Part shown: one piece after another, positions 1 through 8,769 of the stretch
Layout of the letters: the number at the start of each line of letters is the position of its first letter
Position numbering within the stretch: position 1 is the stretch's first letter
DNA from: Candidatus Latescibacterota bacterium
GTDB taxonomy: Bacteria; Latescibacterota; UBA2968; UBA8231
Direction of reading: 5' to 3'
Assembly: GCA_965217585.1 (NCBI GenBank)
Contig: OZ244561.1
Span: 7,232,001 to 7,296,000 of the forward strand
DNA: 64,000 nucleotides
Program-made: the position numbers and the translations under genes
The notes under the pieces: generated by a model
Seen by the model: only the letters and a program-made list of their open reading frames with translations
The model's database searches: none
What the model was told of the DNA's origin: nothing

Positions 1-1064
1 CCCGCAATCGGCGTCGTGCCCATGATCGGCGAGAAATCCGGGGTCATGTCGCACAACCCAGCCCACTGACGCAGCACCTTGACATCGCCCAAGCAGGGAA
101 AGAGGTCGAGCATGTGCCCGGCTAACCCCTCGGCAAAATCGAGCGTCGAGCGCATGGACGTCAGCTCGTAGGGATCCAAGGACGCGCCAGCGACCAACTC
201 GCCGCGCGAGGATTGGCTAACGTACGTGTGCAAGCTAGCCGATACGACAATCGCGTCGAGCCACGGCTTGAACGGCTCGGTGACAAACGCCTGGAGCGGA
301 TGTACCACCAGCGGCGAGCGCAGCCCGACCATCCGCTGTATCTGCGGCGTCCAGCCTGCCACCGCGCTGAGCACCTTGCGGGTCTGGATAAAACCGCGGT
401 CCGTGTGCACGCCCGCGACCCGGCCATCCTCGATTTCAATATCGGTGACACTAGTCTGCTGGTGAATTTCAACGCCTTTGCTGTCGGCCCCGCGCGCATA
501 AGCCCACGCCACTGCGTCGTGGCGGGCAATGGCCCCTGGCGGGTGATAGAGCGCGCCGACGATGGGCGGCTGGTGCCCACCGCAACTCAGGTCGATCTCG
601 GGGATGGTCTTCTTGATGAACTCCGGGCCGACGACCTCGGAGTTGATGCCGAGGTGCTTGTTGACCTCGGCGCGCCAGCGCTGGGTGCGCAGCGCGGCCG
701 GCGTATGCGCCAAGGTAAAGTGGCCGCGCTCGGAGTAGAACAGATTGTAGTCGAGCTGACGCGCCAAATCGCGGTAGAGATCCACGCTGAATTGGTAAAA
801 ACGCGCGCCTTCTTCCGTCAGGTAATTCGAGCGGATGATCGCGGTGTTGCGGCCGGTACCGCCGTGGCCGATGTAGCGCTGCTCTAGGACGGCGATGTCA
901 CTGATCCCGTGCTCTTGGGCGAGATAGTGCGCCGCGGCCAGTCCGTGGCCGCCGCCGCCGATGATGACTACCTCGTACTGGTCGCGCAACCGCTCGGGCG
1001 AGCGGAACATGCGCGGCTCGGAATAATCCTTCGCGAAGCCGTATTTGAGCAACCGGTAGGGCAT
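1..1064 (-). CDS. mgdA: N-methylglutamate dehydrogenase subunit A / sarcosine oxidase beta-like FAD oxidoreductase (partial, runs off window start)
   Basis: Translated by hand (not in ORF track): MPYRLLKYGFAKDYSEPRMF...VVIIGGGGHGLAAAHYLA...GGTGRNTAIIRSNY...RQWAGLCDMTPDFSPIMG; SoxB/MgdA motifs; lies downstream of mgsABC-gmaS. Confidence 0.85.
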   Translation of the reverse strand, partial: MPYRLLKYGFAKDYSEPRMFRSPERLRDQYEVVIIGGGGHGLAAAHYLAQEHGISDIAVLEQRYIGHGGTGRNTAIIRSNYLTEEGARFYQFSVDLYRDLARQLDYNLFYSERGHFTLAHTPAALRTQRWRAEVNKHLGINSEVVGPEFIKKTIPEIDLSCGGHQPPIVGALYHPPGAIARHDAVAWAYARGADSKGVEIHQQTSVTDIEIEDGRVAGVHTDRGFIQTRKVLSAVAGWTPQIQRMVGLRSPLVVHPLQAFVTEPFKPWLDAIVVSASLHTYVSQSSRGELVAGASLDPYELTSMRSTLDFAEGLAGHMLDLFPCLGDVKVLRQWAGLCDMTPDFSPIMGTTPIA

Positions 1065-1100
1065 GACGGGGGAGATTCTCCTCTCGTCGAACGAGAAAGA

Positions 1101-1274
1101 TCAAAGACCGAGAACTTTGAGAAGCCTTTGCAACTCACTATCGTGCTGGGCCGCCCGCTGCACATCAGATAAAGCGAAACGCTTACTCAACTGGTCCGCC
1201 GTCGGTGGCTTGCTGTACTCGGGCCAAACCTTCCTGAGCTCCGCCATCCTAGGTTCGATCGACCTGCGGCGCAT
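1101..1274 (-). pseudogene. Internally deleted RloB-like partner of the AAA ATPase (57-aa remnant)
   Basis: Hand translation MRRRSIEPRMAELRKVWPEYSKPPTADQLSKRFALSDVQRAAQHDSELQRLLKVLGL*; starts 6 nt after the ATPase stop; resembles only the extreme N- and C-termini of RloB-like proteins as I recall them. Confidence 0.55.
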
Positions 1275-1280
1275 CGCTCC

Positions 1281-2492
1281 TCAGCCGATTTTCGGGATAC
1301 CGCCGAGCACCCCCGCCCGGTACTTGGGATAGAGGCGGGTGTCGCGGCGGAGACCGCGCACATCTTGGGCACTGTACACGCGGGTCGCGCCATCGCGATC
1401 CTTCTCGACGATGAAGACCTCTTCCTTCTCCAGATTGTCGAGCAGGCCGACATTGTGAGAGGAGACGAAAAGCTGTGCACCGGAAGGATTGGTCTCTTGG
1501 GAGCGGAACCAGCCGAGCATTTCGCCGGAGATATCCACGTGAAGATCACCGTCGACCTCGTCGAGGACCGCGGGAATGCCGTCGCTGAGGGCGAGGTAGA
1601 GCTGAGGTAGCAGATGGAACAGCCGTTTCGTGCCGCTGGACTCGTAGGGCAAAGGGATCGGCCTGTCGAGCCCGCGATGGTCGAAGAACACCTCCTTCTT
1701 GTCGGCTTGCTCCAAAATACGCATGTCTTGAATCCCTAAGTCGCTGGCCTGGATGTGTCTCACGAGCCAATCTCTCACCTCGGGAGCACTCTCGTCGAAT
1801 GCGTCCACCATTGTTTGGGTCGGAAGCTGCCATTTCTCGCGGTGAATGATGTTAGAAAAAAAAGAAAAAGCGCGCATCCATTTTGCGATACGCGCCGCCA
1901 AAGGCACATTGAGCAGGGCGAGCGTGGCAATCACCGAGGCGTCCTCCCGAATCGCCTTGAGGCGATCATCCCTCGGAGTGAGCCCTAGCTCACTGGAAAC
2001 GTATATAGGCTCTCCCGGAGCACCGCGCTCGAAAAGGCGGCGGGGGCGCCCCTTGGGAAAGTAGGACAGCACTTCGCGCTGAAAGAAGGTATCCTTGACG
2101 CCGCCGTCACCGCGTTTCACGGCCAGTTCGTAGCGGAACAGGTGCCGGGCTTGGTCCGGTGCCAGCCAATCCGCTTCGATCTCCACGCAAAACCGCGTCG
2201 GTTTGTCTCTGGTTTCCGTCGAAGAGAAAGGGAGAAAGGTGAGCGGGCTGGTCTCTTCAGCAGGAGATGCGGATGAGGCGATGCGGGAGATAGCGAGCAG
2301 CGCATCCAGCAGGGTCGTCTTGCCCGATCCATTGGGTCCCATGAGCACGACGACAGAGGGGAGCCGGATATCCGACTTGGCCGTACTGCGCCGAAAGCGT
2401 GGCAGGGCGGGAGCAGTGCCTAAAATGCGGAGGTCGAGAACTACTTCCTCGCGGACCGAGTAGTAGTTGGATACGGAAAATATGTGAATCAT
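1281..2492 (-). CDS. RloA-like / AAA_21 ABC-type ATPase
   Basis: Walker A GPNGSGKT, ESSGTKRLF signature, Walker B AVLDEVD, SSHN, C-terminal YRAGVLGGIP. Confidence 0.85.
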   Translation of the reverse strand: MIHIFSVSNYYSVREEVVLDLRILGTAPALPRFRRSTAKSDIRLPSVVVLMGPNGSGKTTLLDALLAISRIASSASPAEETSPLTFLPFSSTETRDKPTRFCVEIEADWLAPDQARHLFRYELAVKRGDGGVKDTFFQREVLSYFPKGRPRRLFERGAPGEPIYVSSELGLTPRDDRLKAIREDASVIATLALLNVPLAARIAKWMRAFSFFSNIIHREKWQLPTQTMVDAFDESAPEVRDWLVRHIQASDLGIQDMRILEQADKKEVFFDHRGLDRPIPLPYESSGTKRLFHLLPQLYLALSDGIPAVLDEVDGDLHVDISGEMLGWFRSQETNPSGAQLFVSSHNVGLLDNLEKEEVFIVEKDRDGATRVYSAQDVRGLRRDTRLYPKYRAGVLGGIPKIG

Positions 2493-2568
2493 TTCTCAAT
2501 GATAACGATTTTTCGTCGTAATAGCAATATAACTTACTCAAAAAGGCAAATGTGGGCGTACATCAAAC

Positions 2569-3927
2569 TCAAACAGACGTCAAATACCGGTCGATCTCCC
2601 AACGGCTGACTTGGCTGTCGTACTCGGCCCACTCGTCGGCTTTTATCTGGAGGAATTCGTCGGCGATGGGGCCCAGTGCGCTCTGCACCACTTCGTCCTC
2701 GCCCAGCGCGTCGAGCGCTTCGGCCAGCGACTGCGGCAAAAGCTGTATCCCTGTCGCCTGGATCTCGTCGAGGGAGCGCTCGTACATGTTGCCCAGATTT
2801 GGCTCGCCCGGCTCCAAGCCGCGCTCAATGCCGTCAAGCCCGGCGACCAGATAGGCGGCCAAGGCCAAATAGGGATTGGCCGCGGCGCTGATCGTGCGAT
2901 CTTCAAAATGCCCCTCGCCGGCCGTGCGGATCATCTGCGTGCGGTTGTTGTCGCCATAGGTGATAAACGCCGGCGTCCAAGTAAAACCCGAACGGCTCGA
3001 ATAGATTCCAGCGCCGAGTTGGAGGCGCTTGTAGCAGTTCACCGTCGGGCTAGTCACCGCGCAGAGCGCGCGGGCGTGGTGCAAAATGCCGCCGAGGAAG
3101 TGGTAGGCCATCTTTGAGCAGCCCAAGCCCCGCGCGTCCCCCTCGTCCAAGAACAGATTCTCGCCCGACTGGGCGTCGGCCAGATGGTAGTGCGCGTGCA
3201 AGCCGCTGCCAGTGCGGTCGGCAAATGGCTTGGGCATGTGCGTGGCGATCGCACCGTATTTTTTGGCGATCTGCGAGGTGGCCATCTTAAAGAAAATGAT
3301 GCGGTCCGAGGTGGTCAGCGCGTCGGCGTAGTCGAAGTTGACCTCGAATTGCCCGTTGGCGTCCTCGTGGTCGCACTGATAAACCCCCCAGCCCATGTCG
3401 TTGAGCGACCGAGTCAACTCCTGCAAGTACGCCATGGCCGGCGACATGGAGCGGAAGTCGTAGCAGGGCTTGGCCAGCGAGTCCACGCCATCCGGATCCC
3501 AGGGCCGGATCGAGCCGTCGTCATCGCGCACCACGAGAAAGTGCTCCGGCTCCATGCCCACGTTGAAGACATAGCCCTGTTGCGCGGCATCGGCGAGCAC
3601 CCTCTGAAGATTGGTGCGGGAGCAATAAGGATGGGGATCCCCATCGACGAAGAGATCGCTGGCAAAGCGCACGGTGTTCGGCTGCCAAGACAGCCGCGCG
3701 TATGAATCGAGGTCGATCCGCGCCAGCATATCGTGCGAATGCGGCCCCTGCCCCAAGCCCCAAATAGATGCGCCGGCAAAACCCGCGCCTTCGTCAAGCG
3801 CGTCGTCGAGTGCCGTCACCGGCACCATCTTCACTTTGGGCGCGCCGGTCATATCGACGAACTGGACGAGTAGGAATTCAATGCCCTCTTGGGCGAGGCG
3901 TTCTTTGATCTCAGTGCGCTCAGTCAC
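2569..3927 (-). CDS. gmaS: Gamma-glutamylmethylamide synthetase (glutamine synthetase-like, GlnT type)
   Basis: GS motifs GMEPEHF, DHEDANGQFE, MPKPF, GDNNRT, FEDR, ANPYL; GTG at 3927 after AAGGAG; directly downstream of mgsC. Confidence 0.8.
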   Translation of the reverse strand: MTERTEIKERLAQEGIEFLLVQFVDMTGAPKVKMVPVTALDDALDEGAGFAGASIWGLGQGPHSHDMLARIDLDSYARLSWQPNTVRFASDLFVDGDPHPYCSRTNLQRVLADAAQQGYVFNVGMEPEHFLVVRDDDGSIRPWDPDGVDSLAKPCYDFRSMSPAMAYLQELTRSLNDMGWGVYQCDHEDANGQFEVNFDYADALTTSDRIIFFKMATSQIAKKYGAIATHMPKPFADRTGSGLHAHYHLADAQSGENLFLDEGDARGLGCSKMAYHFLGGILHHARALCAVTSPTVNCYKRLQLGAGIYSSRSGFTWTPAFITYGDNNRTQMIRTAGEGHFEDRTISAAANPYLALAAYLVAGLDGIERGLEPGEPNLGNMYERSLDEIQATGIQLLPQSLAEALDALGEDEVVQSALGPIADEFLQIKADEWAEYDSQVSRWEIDRYLTSV

Positions 3928-5269
3928 AGCATGCTCCTTTAGTTGGCGTGTTTCCAGGAATCCAATCCGTCCCGGCCAAAGGGATCTTGGCCATGGCTGC
4001 CGCCTCAATGGTCAGCGCCGCCAAGTCCTCTGGCTCTAGGTTGTGTACGTGCGATTTGCCGCAGGCGCGGGCAATGGTCTGGCACTCCATAGTCATTACC
4101 CGCAGATAATTGGCAAGCTGTCGGCCTCCGGCCTCCGGGTCGAGACGCTGGGCCAATGTGTCGTTCTGGGTCGAGATGCCGGCCGGGTCTTGGCCGTCCT
4201 GCAAGTCGTCGTAAAAGCCCGCGGCCGAGCCAATTTTGCGGTATTCGGGGTCCAAATGCGGGCTGTTGTCGCCCAGCGCGATCAGCGCGGCCGTGCCAAT
4301 CGAACAAGCGTCCGCCCCCATTGCCAGGGCTTTAGCGACATCCGCGCCGCTGCGGATGCCCCCAGACACAATGAGCTGCACCTTGCGATGCATATCCAAT
4401 TCGTCGAGCGCCTCCACGGCTTGGCGCACAGCCGGCAGGGTCGGGATCCCCACGTGCTCGATGAACACATCTTGGGTCGCGCCCGTGCCGCCCTGCATCC
4501 CGTCGAGCACCACCACGTCGGCTCCGGCCTTGATCGCCAAGAGCGTGTCGTAATAGGTCCGAGTCGCGCCGATCTTGACGTAGATCGGCACCTTCCAATC
4601 GGTGATCTCGCGCAATTCCACAATTTTGATCGCCAAGTCGTCCGGGCCGGTCCAGTCCGGATGGCGGCACGCCGAGCGCTGGTCGATGTCCTTGGGCAAG
4701 GTCCGCATTTGGGCGACGCGGTCGCTGATCTTCTGGCCCAACAGCATGCCGCCGCCGCCGGGCTTGGCCCCCTGGCCGAGCACCACCTCAATGGCATCCG
4801 CCTTGCGTAGGTCGTCGGGGTTCATGCCGTAGCGCGAGGGCAAAAGCTGATAGACCAAAATCCGCGACTGTTCGCGCTCCTCCGAGGTCATCCCGCCGTC
4901 GCCGGTCGTGGTGCTCGTGCCCACTTCACTAGCGCCGCGGCCGAGCGCTTCTTTGGCCTGGGCCGACAGCGAGCCGAAGCTCATCCCCGCGATAGTGATG
5001 GGGATGTCGAGGTGGATCGGGTTTTTGGCGTAGCGCGTGCCCAGTACCACATCGGTGTCGCAGCGCTCGCGGTAGCCTTCCAGCGGGTAGCGCGACATGC
5101 TCGCGCCCAAAAAGACCAAGTCGTCAAAATGGGGCACCCGGCGCTTGGCCCCCCAGCCGCGGATATCGTAGATCCCGGTGCGCGCAGCGCGCTGGATCTC
5201 ATAGATGACGTCGCGGCCAAAGGTAGCCGACTCGCGCAGGCCTTCTTGGCCGTGGTGTGGTTGCGTCAT
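3920..5269 (-). CDS. mgsC: N-methylglutamate synthase subunit C (FMN-binding glutamate synthase family)
   Basis: AGMSFGSLS, TTTGDGG, GQGAKPGGGG, SACRHPDW, SGGIRSGAD. Confidence 0.88.
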   Translation of the reverse strand: MTQPHHGQEGLRESATFGRDVIYEIQRAARTGIYDIRGWGAKRRVPHFDDLVFLGASMSRYPLEGYRERCDTDVVLGTRYAKNPIHLDIPITIAGMSFGSLSAQAKEALGRGASEVGTSTTTGDGGMTSEEREQSRILVYQLLPSRYGMNPDDLRKADAIEVVLGQGAKPGGGGMLLGQKISDRVAQMRTLPKDIDQRSACRHPDWTGPDDLAIKIVELREITDWKVPIYVKIGATRTYYDTLLAIKAGADVVVLDGMQGGTGATQDVFIEHVGIPTLPAVRQAVEALDELDMHRKVQLIVSGGIRSGADVAKALAMGADACSIGTAALIALGDNSPHLDPEYRKIGSAAGFYDDLQDGQDPAGISTQNDTLAQRLDPEAGGRQLANYLRVMTMECQTIARACGKSHVHNLEPEDLAALTIEAAAMAKIPLAGTDWIPGNTPTKGACCD

Positions 5270-5276
5270 AGAGCGT

Positions 5277-5969
5277 CTAGTACTCGGATGCGTTATCTAC
5301 CTTGAAGTTGTAAAGCTGGCGCGCCGAGCCGTAGCGGCGGAACTCTGCGGGTCGCACGCCGGGCAAGCCCACTCGCGCCAACAACTCGGCCAACGTGCTC
5401 AAGTGCTCGTCGCGCATGGGCTTTTCAATGCAGTCGGCCCCCAAGCCCGCGACCCGACCGCGGACGAAAATCCGCGCCTCGTACAGCGAATCGCCTAACG
5501 CCTCGTCGGCATCGCCGCAGACGACTAGGTTGCCGGCTTGCGCCATAAAGCAACTGCTGTGGCCGACCGAGCCGCCGACCACAATATCGATCCCCTTCAT
5601 CGAAATCCCGCACCGGCTCGCCGCATCGCCCTCAATGACCAGCAGGCCGCCGTGTCCGGTGGCCCCCGCGCACTGGCTGGCGTGGCCCTTCACTCTCACC
5701 AGCCCCGACATCATGTTCTCGGCAACCCCGACCCCGACCATCCCGTGGACGGTGATGCGGGCGCGCTGATTCATGCCAGCGCAATAGTAGCCAACGTGGC
5801 CTTCGATATCGATCTCCACGGGCGCATCAACCCCGGCGGCCACCGCGTGCGCGCCGCGTGGATGCAGAATCCGCCACGGCGTCTTGGCCGTCTCCTCGGT
5901 CAGATCGTGCAGGCGCTGATTGAGCTGGCGCAACGCCCCGGTCGCCAAGTCGAAAACCTCCGCGCCCAT
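5277..5969 (-). CDS. mgsB: N-methylglutamate synthase subunit B (GXGXG domain, GlxC-like)
   Basis: GHVGYYCAGMN, VAENMMSG, RCGISMKG, YGSARQLYNF; ATG at 5969 overlaps the mgsA stop. Confidence 0.85.
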   Translation of the reverse strand: MGAEVFDLATGALRQLNQRLHDLTEETAKTPWRILHPRGAHAVAAGVDAPVEIDIEGHVGYYCAGMNQRARITVHGMVGVGVAENMMSGLVRVKGHASQCAGATGHGGLLVIEGDAASRCGISMKGIDIVVGGSVGHSSCFMAQAGNLVVCGDADEALGDSLYEARIFVRGRVAGLGADCIEKPMRDEHLSTLAELLARVGLPGVRPAEFRRYGSARQLYNFKVDNASEY

Positions 5970-6871
5970 CAATTGGCTCCTCCCCAAGTGTACACCCGCG
6001 CCGGCTTGGGCTCCCAGACCTCCGCGTCGTCGATCCCCGGCAAGCCCGATAGCGCCTGGAACTCGCTGGCCATCGCCACGTACGCGTCCGTCTCGGCCAG
6101 CACCGCTGGCTTGCAGGCGATCGGGTCGCGCAAGACCGCAAAGCCATCGACCGTGCCAATGGCAAAGGTATAGAAACCATCCAGATCGTCGAGCGCCGCT
6201 TGCAGGGCCGCTTGCAAGGTATCCCCCTGCTGCATCCGCCACATCAAGTAACCAGCGGCCACTTCCGAGTCGTTTTCAGTGCGGATTTCGATCCCGCTGC
6301 GCTCCAGGCGCGTGCGCAGCCGATTGTGGTTACTCAGCGATCCGTTGTGTACTAAGCAGAGGTCCATGCCCGTGGAAAAGGGATGCGAGCCGTCGGTGGT
6401 CACCGCACTCTCAGTGGCCATGCGCGTGTGGCCGATGATGTGCGTGCCGCGCATCTTGCGCACGCCGAAGCGATCGACGATCTCAGCGGGCGCGCCGATC
6501 TCTTTGAGGATCTCGATGCTGCGGCCGATGCTCATTACCGTCAGGCCAGGATCTGAGCCAGCCAGCGCCCGCCCCAGCGCTTCGGCGTCGGCGCGCACGG
6601 CGATGACCGCGTAATTGGCGTTGACGCGCAGACTGGCCTCGCAGCCAAAGCGTGCGCCGAGTTGGTCCGCCAGCCCCGGCCAGTCGTAGTCGTCGGCCGC
6701 GTGCCGCAAGGTGACCTTGATAAAGCCTTCCGGCGGCTCATTGCCATAGAGCGCCAACCCCGCGCTGTCGGGGCCGCGATCGCTCATGCATATCAGCATC
6801 TCGGCGAACAGCGCGCCGAGTTGGTCGGCCAAGTCGCGTTTTTTTACGTATAGCCCAACAATGCCACACAT
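5969..6871 (-). CDS. mgsA: N-methylglutamate synthase subunit A (class II glutamine amidotransferase)
   Basis: MCGIVG N-terminus, RGPDSAG, GHTRMATES, VHNGSLSN. Confidence 0.88.
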   Translation of the reverse strand: MCGIVGLYVKKRDLADQLGALFAEMLICMSDRGPDSAGLALYGNEPPEGFIKVTLRHAADDYDWPGLADQLGARFGCEASLRVNANYAVIAVRADAEALGRALAGSDPGLTVMSIGRSIEILKEIGAPAEIVDRFGVRKMRGTHIIGHTRMATESAVTTDGSHPFSTGMDLCLVHNGSLSNHNRLRTRLERSGIEIRTENDSEVAAGYLMWRMQQGDTLQAALQAALDDLDGFYTFAIGTVDGFAVLRDPIACKPAVLAETDAYVAMASEFQALSGLPGIDDAEVWEPKPARVYTWGGAN

Positions 6872-7018
6872 TGCATACTAGTCATTCTAATAAGGTGCTT
6901 GTTCTACCGCTCGCAGATAGAGTAAATTACGCAATCGCTTAGCTCGCAACAAACACAGCGAGGCAAATGCGCAAACGCGTCTTGATGGCTGTATTCAAAA
7001 ACCTATAAAGGCGAATCA

Positions 7019-7714
7019 ATGGCCAAATTCCCGGCAGTACAAGCCCTCACCTTCGACCTGTTCGGCACCGTTCTCGACTTGGGCGGCAGCCTGACCCCGG
7101 CCATCGCGTCCTATCTGCGCGATAAAGGGTCTTCCGTAGCGCCCGAGCACCTGTGGAACCAATGGCGGGCACGCCAGCGCCTAGAGCAATATCAGGACAA
7201 TATCCTCCTGTTGGGCCACAGCGGCTATTTGGAGACGGTGCAGCGGGCCTTGATCTACGTTTTGGCTTTGGAGGGAATAGACGTGGCCGCAGGGGATGTC
7301 CCCCGGCTCATGGAAGCTTGGCAGAACCTCAACCCCTTCGCCGATGTGAGGGCGGCCCTCGAAAAGCTAAAGAAGCGCTATCGCCTAGTCGCTCTGTCCA
7401 ATGGCGAGGCGGACTTTTTGGCCCATCTGGCGACCAACCGCATTGGCTGGGACTTTGACTGCATTATCTCGGTTGAAGAAGTAGGTGCCTTCAAGCCGCA
7501 TCCTGGGGTGTACCGTCGGGCCGCAACCTCGCTGCACCTAGAAGTGGGACAGTGCATGATGGTTTCAGCCAATTCATTCGACGTGCTGGGGGCACGAGCC
7601 TGCGGCATGAGGGGGGCCTTCGTCAACCGCAACACCCTGCCCTACGAAGAAACGCCGTACCGGCCCGATGTGGAGGTGGGAAATTTTATCGAGCTAACCG
7701 AGGCGCTGCTGTGA
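7019..7714 (+). CDS. Haloacid dehalogenase type II (HAD superfamily)
   Basis: FDLFGT motif I, LSNG, FKPHP, VSANSFD. Confidence 0.85.
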   Translation: MAKFPAVQALTFDLFGTVLDLGGSLTPAIASYLRDKGSSVAPEHLWNQWRARQRLEQYQDNILLLGHSGYLETVQRALIYVLALEGIDVAAGDVPRLMEAWQNLNPFADVRAALEKLKKRYRLVALSNGEADFLAHLATNRIGWDFDCIISVEEVGAFKPHPGVYRRAATSLHLEVGQCMMVSANSFDVLGARACGMRGAFVNRNTLPYEETPYRPDVEVGNFIELTEALL

Positions 7715-7772
7715 AGAAACACGGAAGAAGCGGAAAAGTTGAAAGTGCGAGCCAGAAGATCGAAACCAGGAG

Positions 7773-8672
7773 GTGGATGACATGAGAGACAAAGAATCGG
7801 GAAGAATGGCAGAGCCGGTGGTTATTTCCCTTACCAGGAAGGAAACGGAATCTCGGCACCTGAGTCCCGGACGGCTCAAACAGGCGGTGGGGGCGATCAG
7901 GCGGGACGGATATGTCGTCATCGAAAACGCGGTTCCCCATGAGCCGCTCGATATTCTCCGGGAGAAGATGGATCAGGATTCCAGGGTCTTGATCGATCGG
8001 GAGCAGTGGGGCGGCGCCGGAGGTCTCAAAGGTCACCTGCAACAGGGACCGCCTCCGTTCGCCCCCTTTGTCTTTCGCGAGATTGTCGCCAATCCGTTTG
8101 TGATTCAGGTCAACACCGCCCTCCTCGGCGAGGGAATCTTCAACAGCTTTTACAACGGAAACACCAATTGTCCCGGCAGCGGCACCCAGCCGTTGCACCG
8201 AGACGGGCCTCATCTATGGCCCGGTCACGAGCCCGCCCACCCGACCGCGTGCGTGGTGGCGAATATCTCTCCGCTCGATGTGACGGAAGAGAACGGGGCA
8301 GTGGAGCTGTGGCCGGGCACGCATCTGCACACCTTCCCGGAAACGGTGATCGACAAGGAAACCGAAGAGGCGCAAAGGAAGGTTTTTTTCCCCGTAAGCG
8401 GGTGCGCGAAAAAGGGAAGCGTGCTCATCCGGGACGTACGGCTCTGGCATCGAGGGGTTCCGAATCGTTCCGATCGGCCCCGGCATATGATCGCCCTGGT
8501 CCAATGCATCTCCTGGTACAGGAATCGCGGACCGCTGATGTTCAACACCGGTTGTGAAAAGGCCTTCCCCGATAATTGCGGTCTGAATCACAATGCGGAA
8601 TTCATTGAGGATCCGATTGATTATCTGTTTCTCAATCGGCCAGGGAGCAAAAAGAAGAGGATGAAGGGGTAA
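7773..8672 (+). CDS. Phytanoyl-CoA dioxygenase (PhyH) family Fe/2OG enzyme
   Basis: QPLHRD (HxD), ENGAVELWPGTH, LWHRGVPN...R; true start could be ATG at 7782 or 7806. Confidence 0.85.
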   Translation: MDDMRDKESGRMAEPVVISLTRKETESRHLSPGRLKQAVGAIRRDGYVVIENAVPHEPLDILREKMDQDSRVLIDREQWGGAGGLKGHLQQGPPPFAPFVFREIVANPFVIQVNTALLGEGIFNSFYNGNTNCPGSGTQPLHRDGPHLWPGHEPAHPTACVVANISPLDVTEENGAVELWPGTHLHTFPETVIDKETEEAQRKVFFPVSGCAKKGSVLIRDVRLWHRGVPNRSDRPRHMIALVQCISWYRNRGPLMFNTGCEKAFPDNCGLNHNAEFIEDPIDYLFLNRPGSKKKRMKG

Positions 8673-8697
8673 GGGGTCACTGTCCCCTCTCAAATAT

Positions 8698-8738
8698 TAC
8701 ACAGGGCCGTCCAAGCTGGTATTGGACGGCCCTGTGTA
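8698..8738. terminator. Perfect hairpin between convergent genes (putative terminator)
   Basis: TACACAGGGCCGTCCAA-gctggta-TTGGACGGCCCTGTGTA, 17-bp stem; no strong U-tract. Confidence 0.65.
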
Positions 8739-8769
8739 GTTGGGCTAGTTGGGCTGCTGCCGTCCGGCT

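Noticed and set aside
213-887. Long plus-strand ORF and similar antisense ORFs (e.g. 10438-11376, 38847-40073, 46435-47613, 57984-58940)
   Set aside because: Shadow ORFs opposite well-supported genes, typical of GC-rich DNA.
1101-2590. Possible target duplication around the RloA insert (CGGTATTTGA near the gmaS end vs CGGTCTTTGA at the remnant end, minus strand)
   Set aside because: Only 9/10 nt and offset from the stop; too weak to count.
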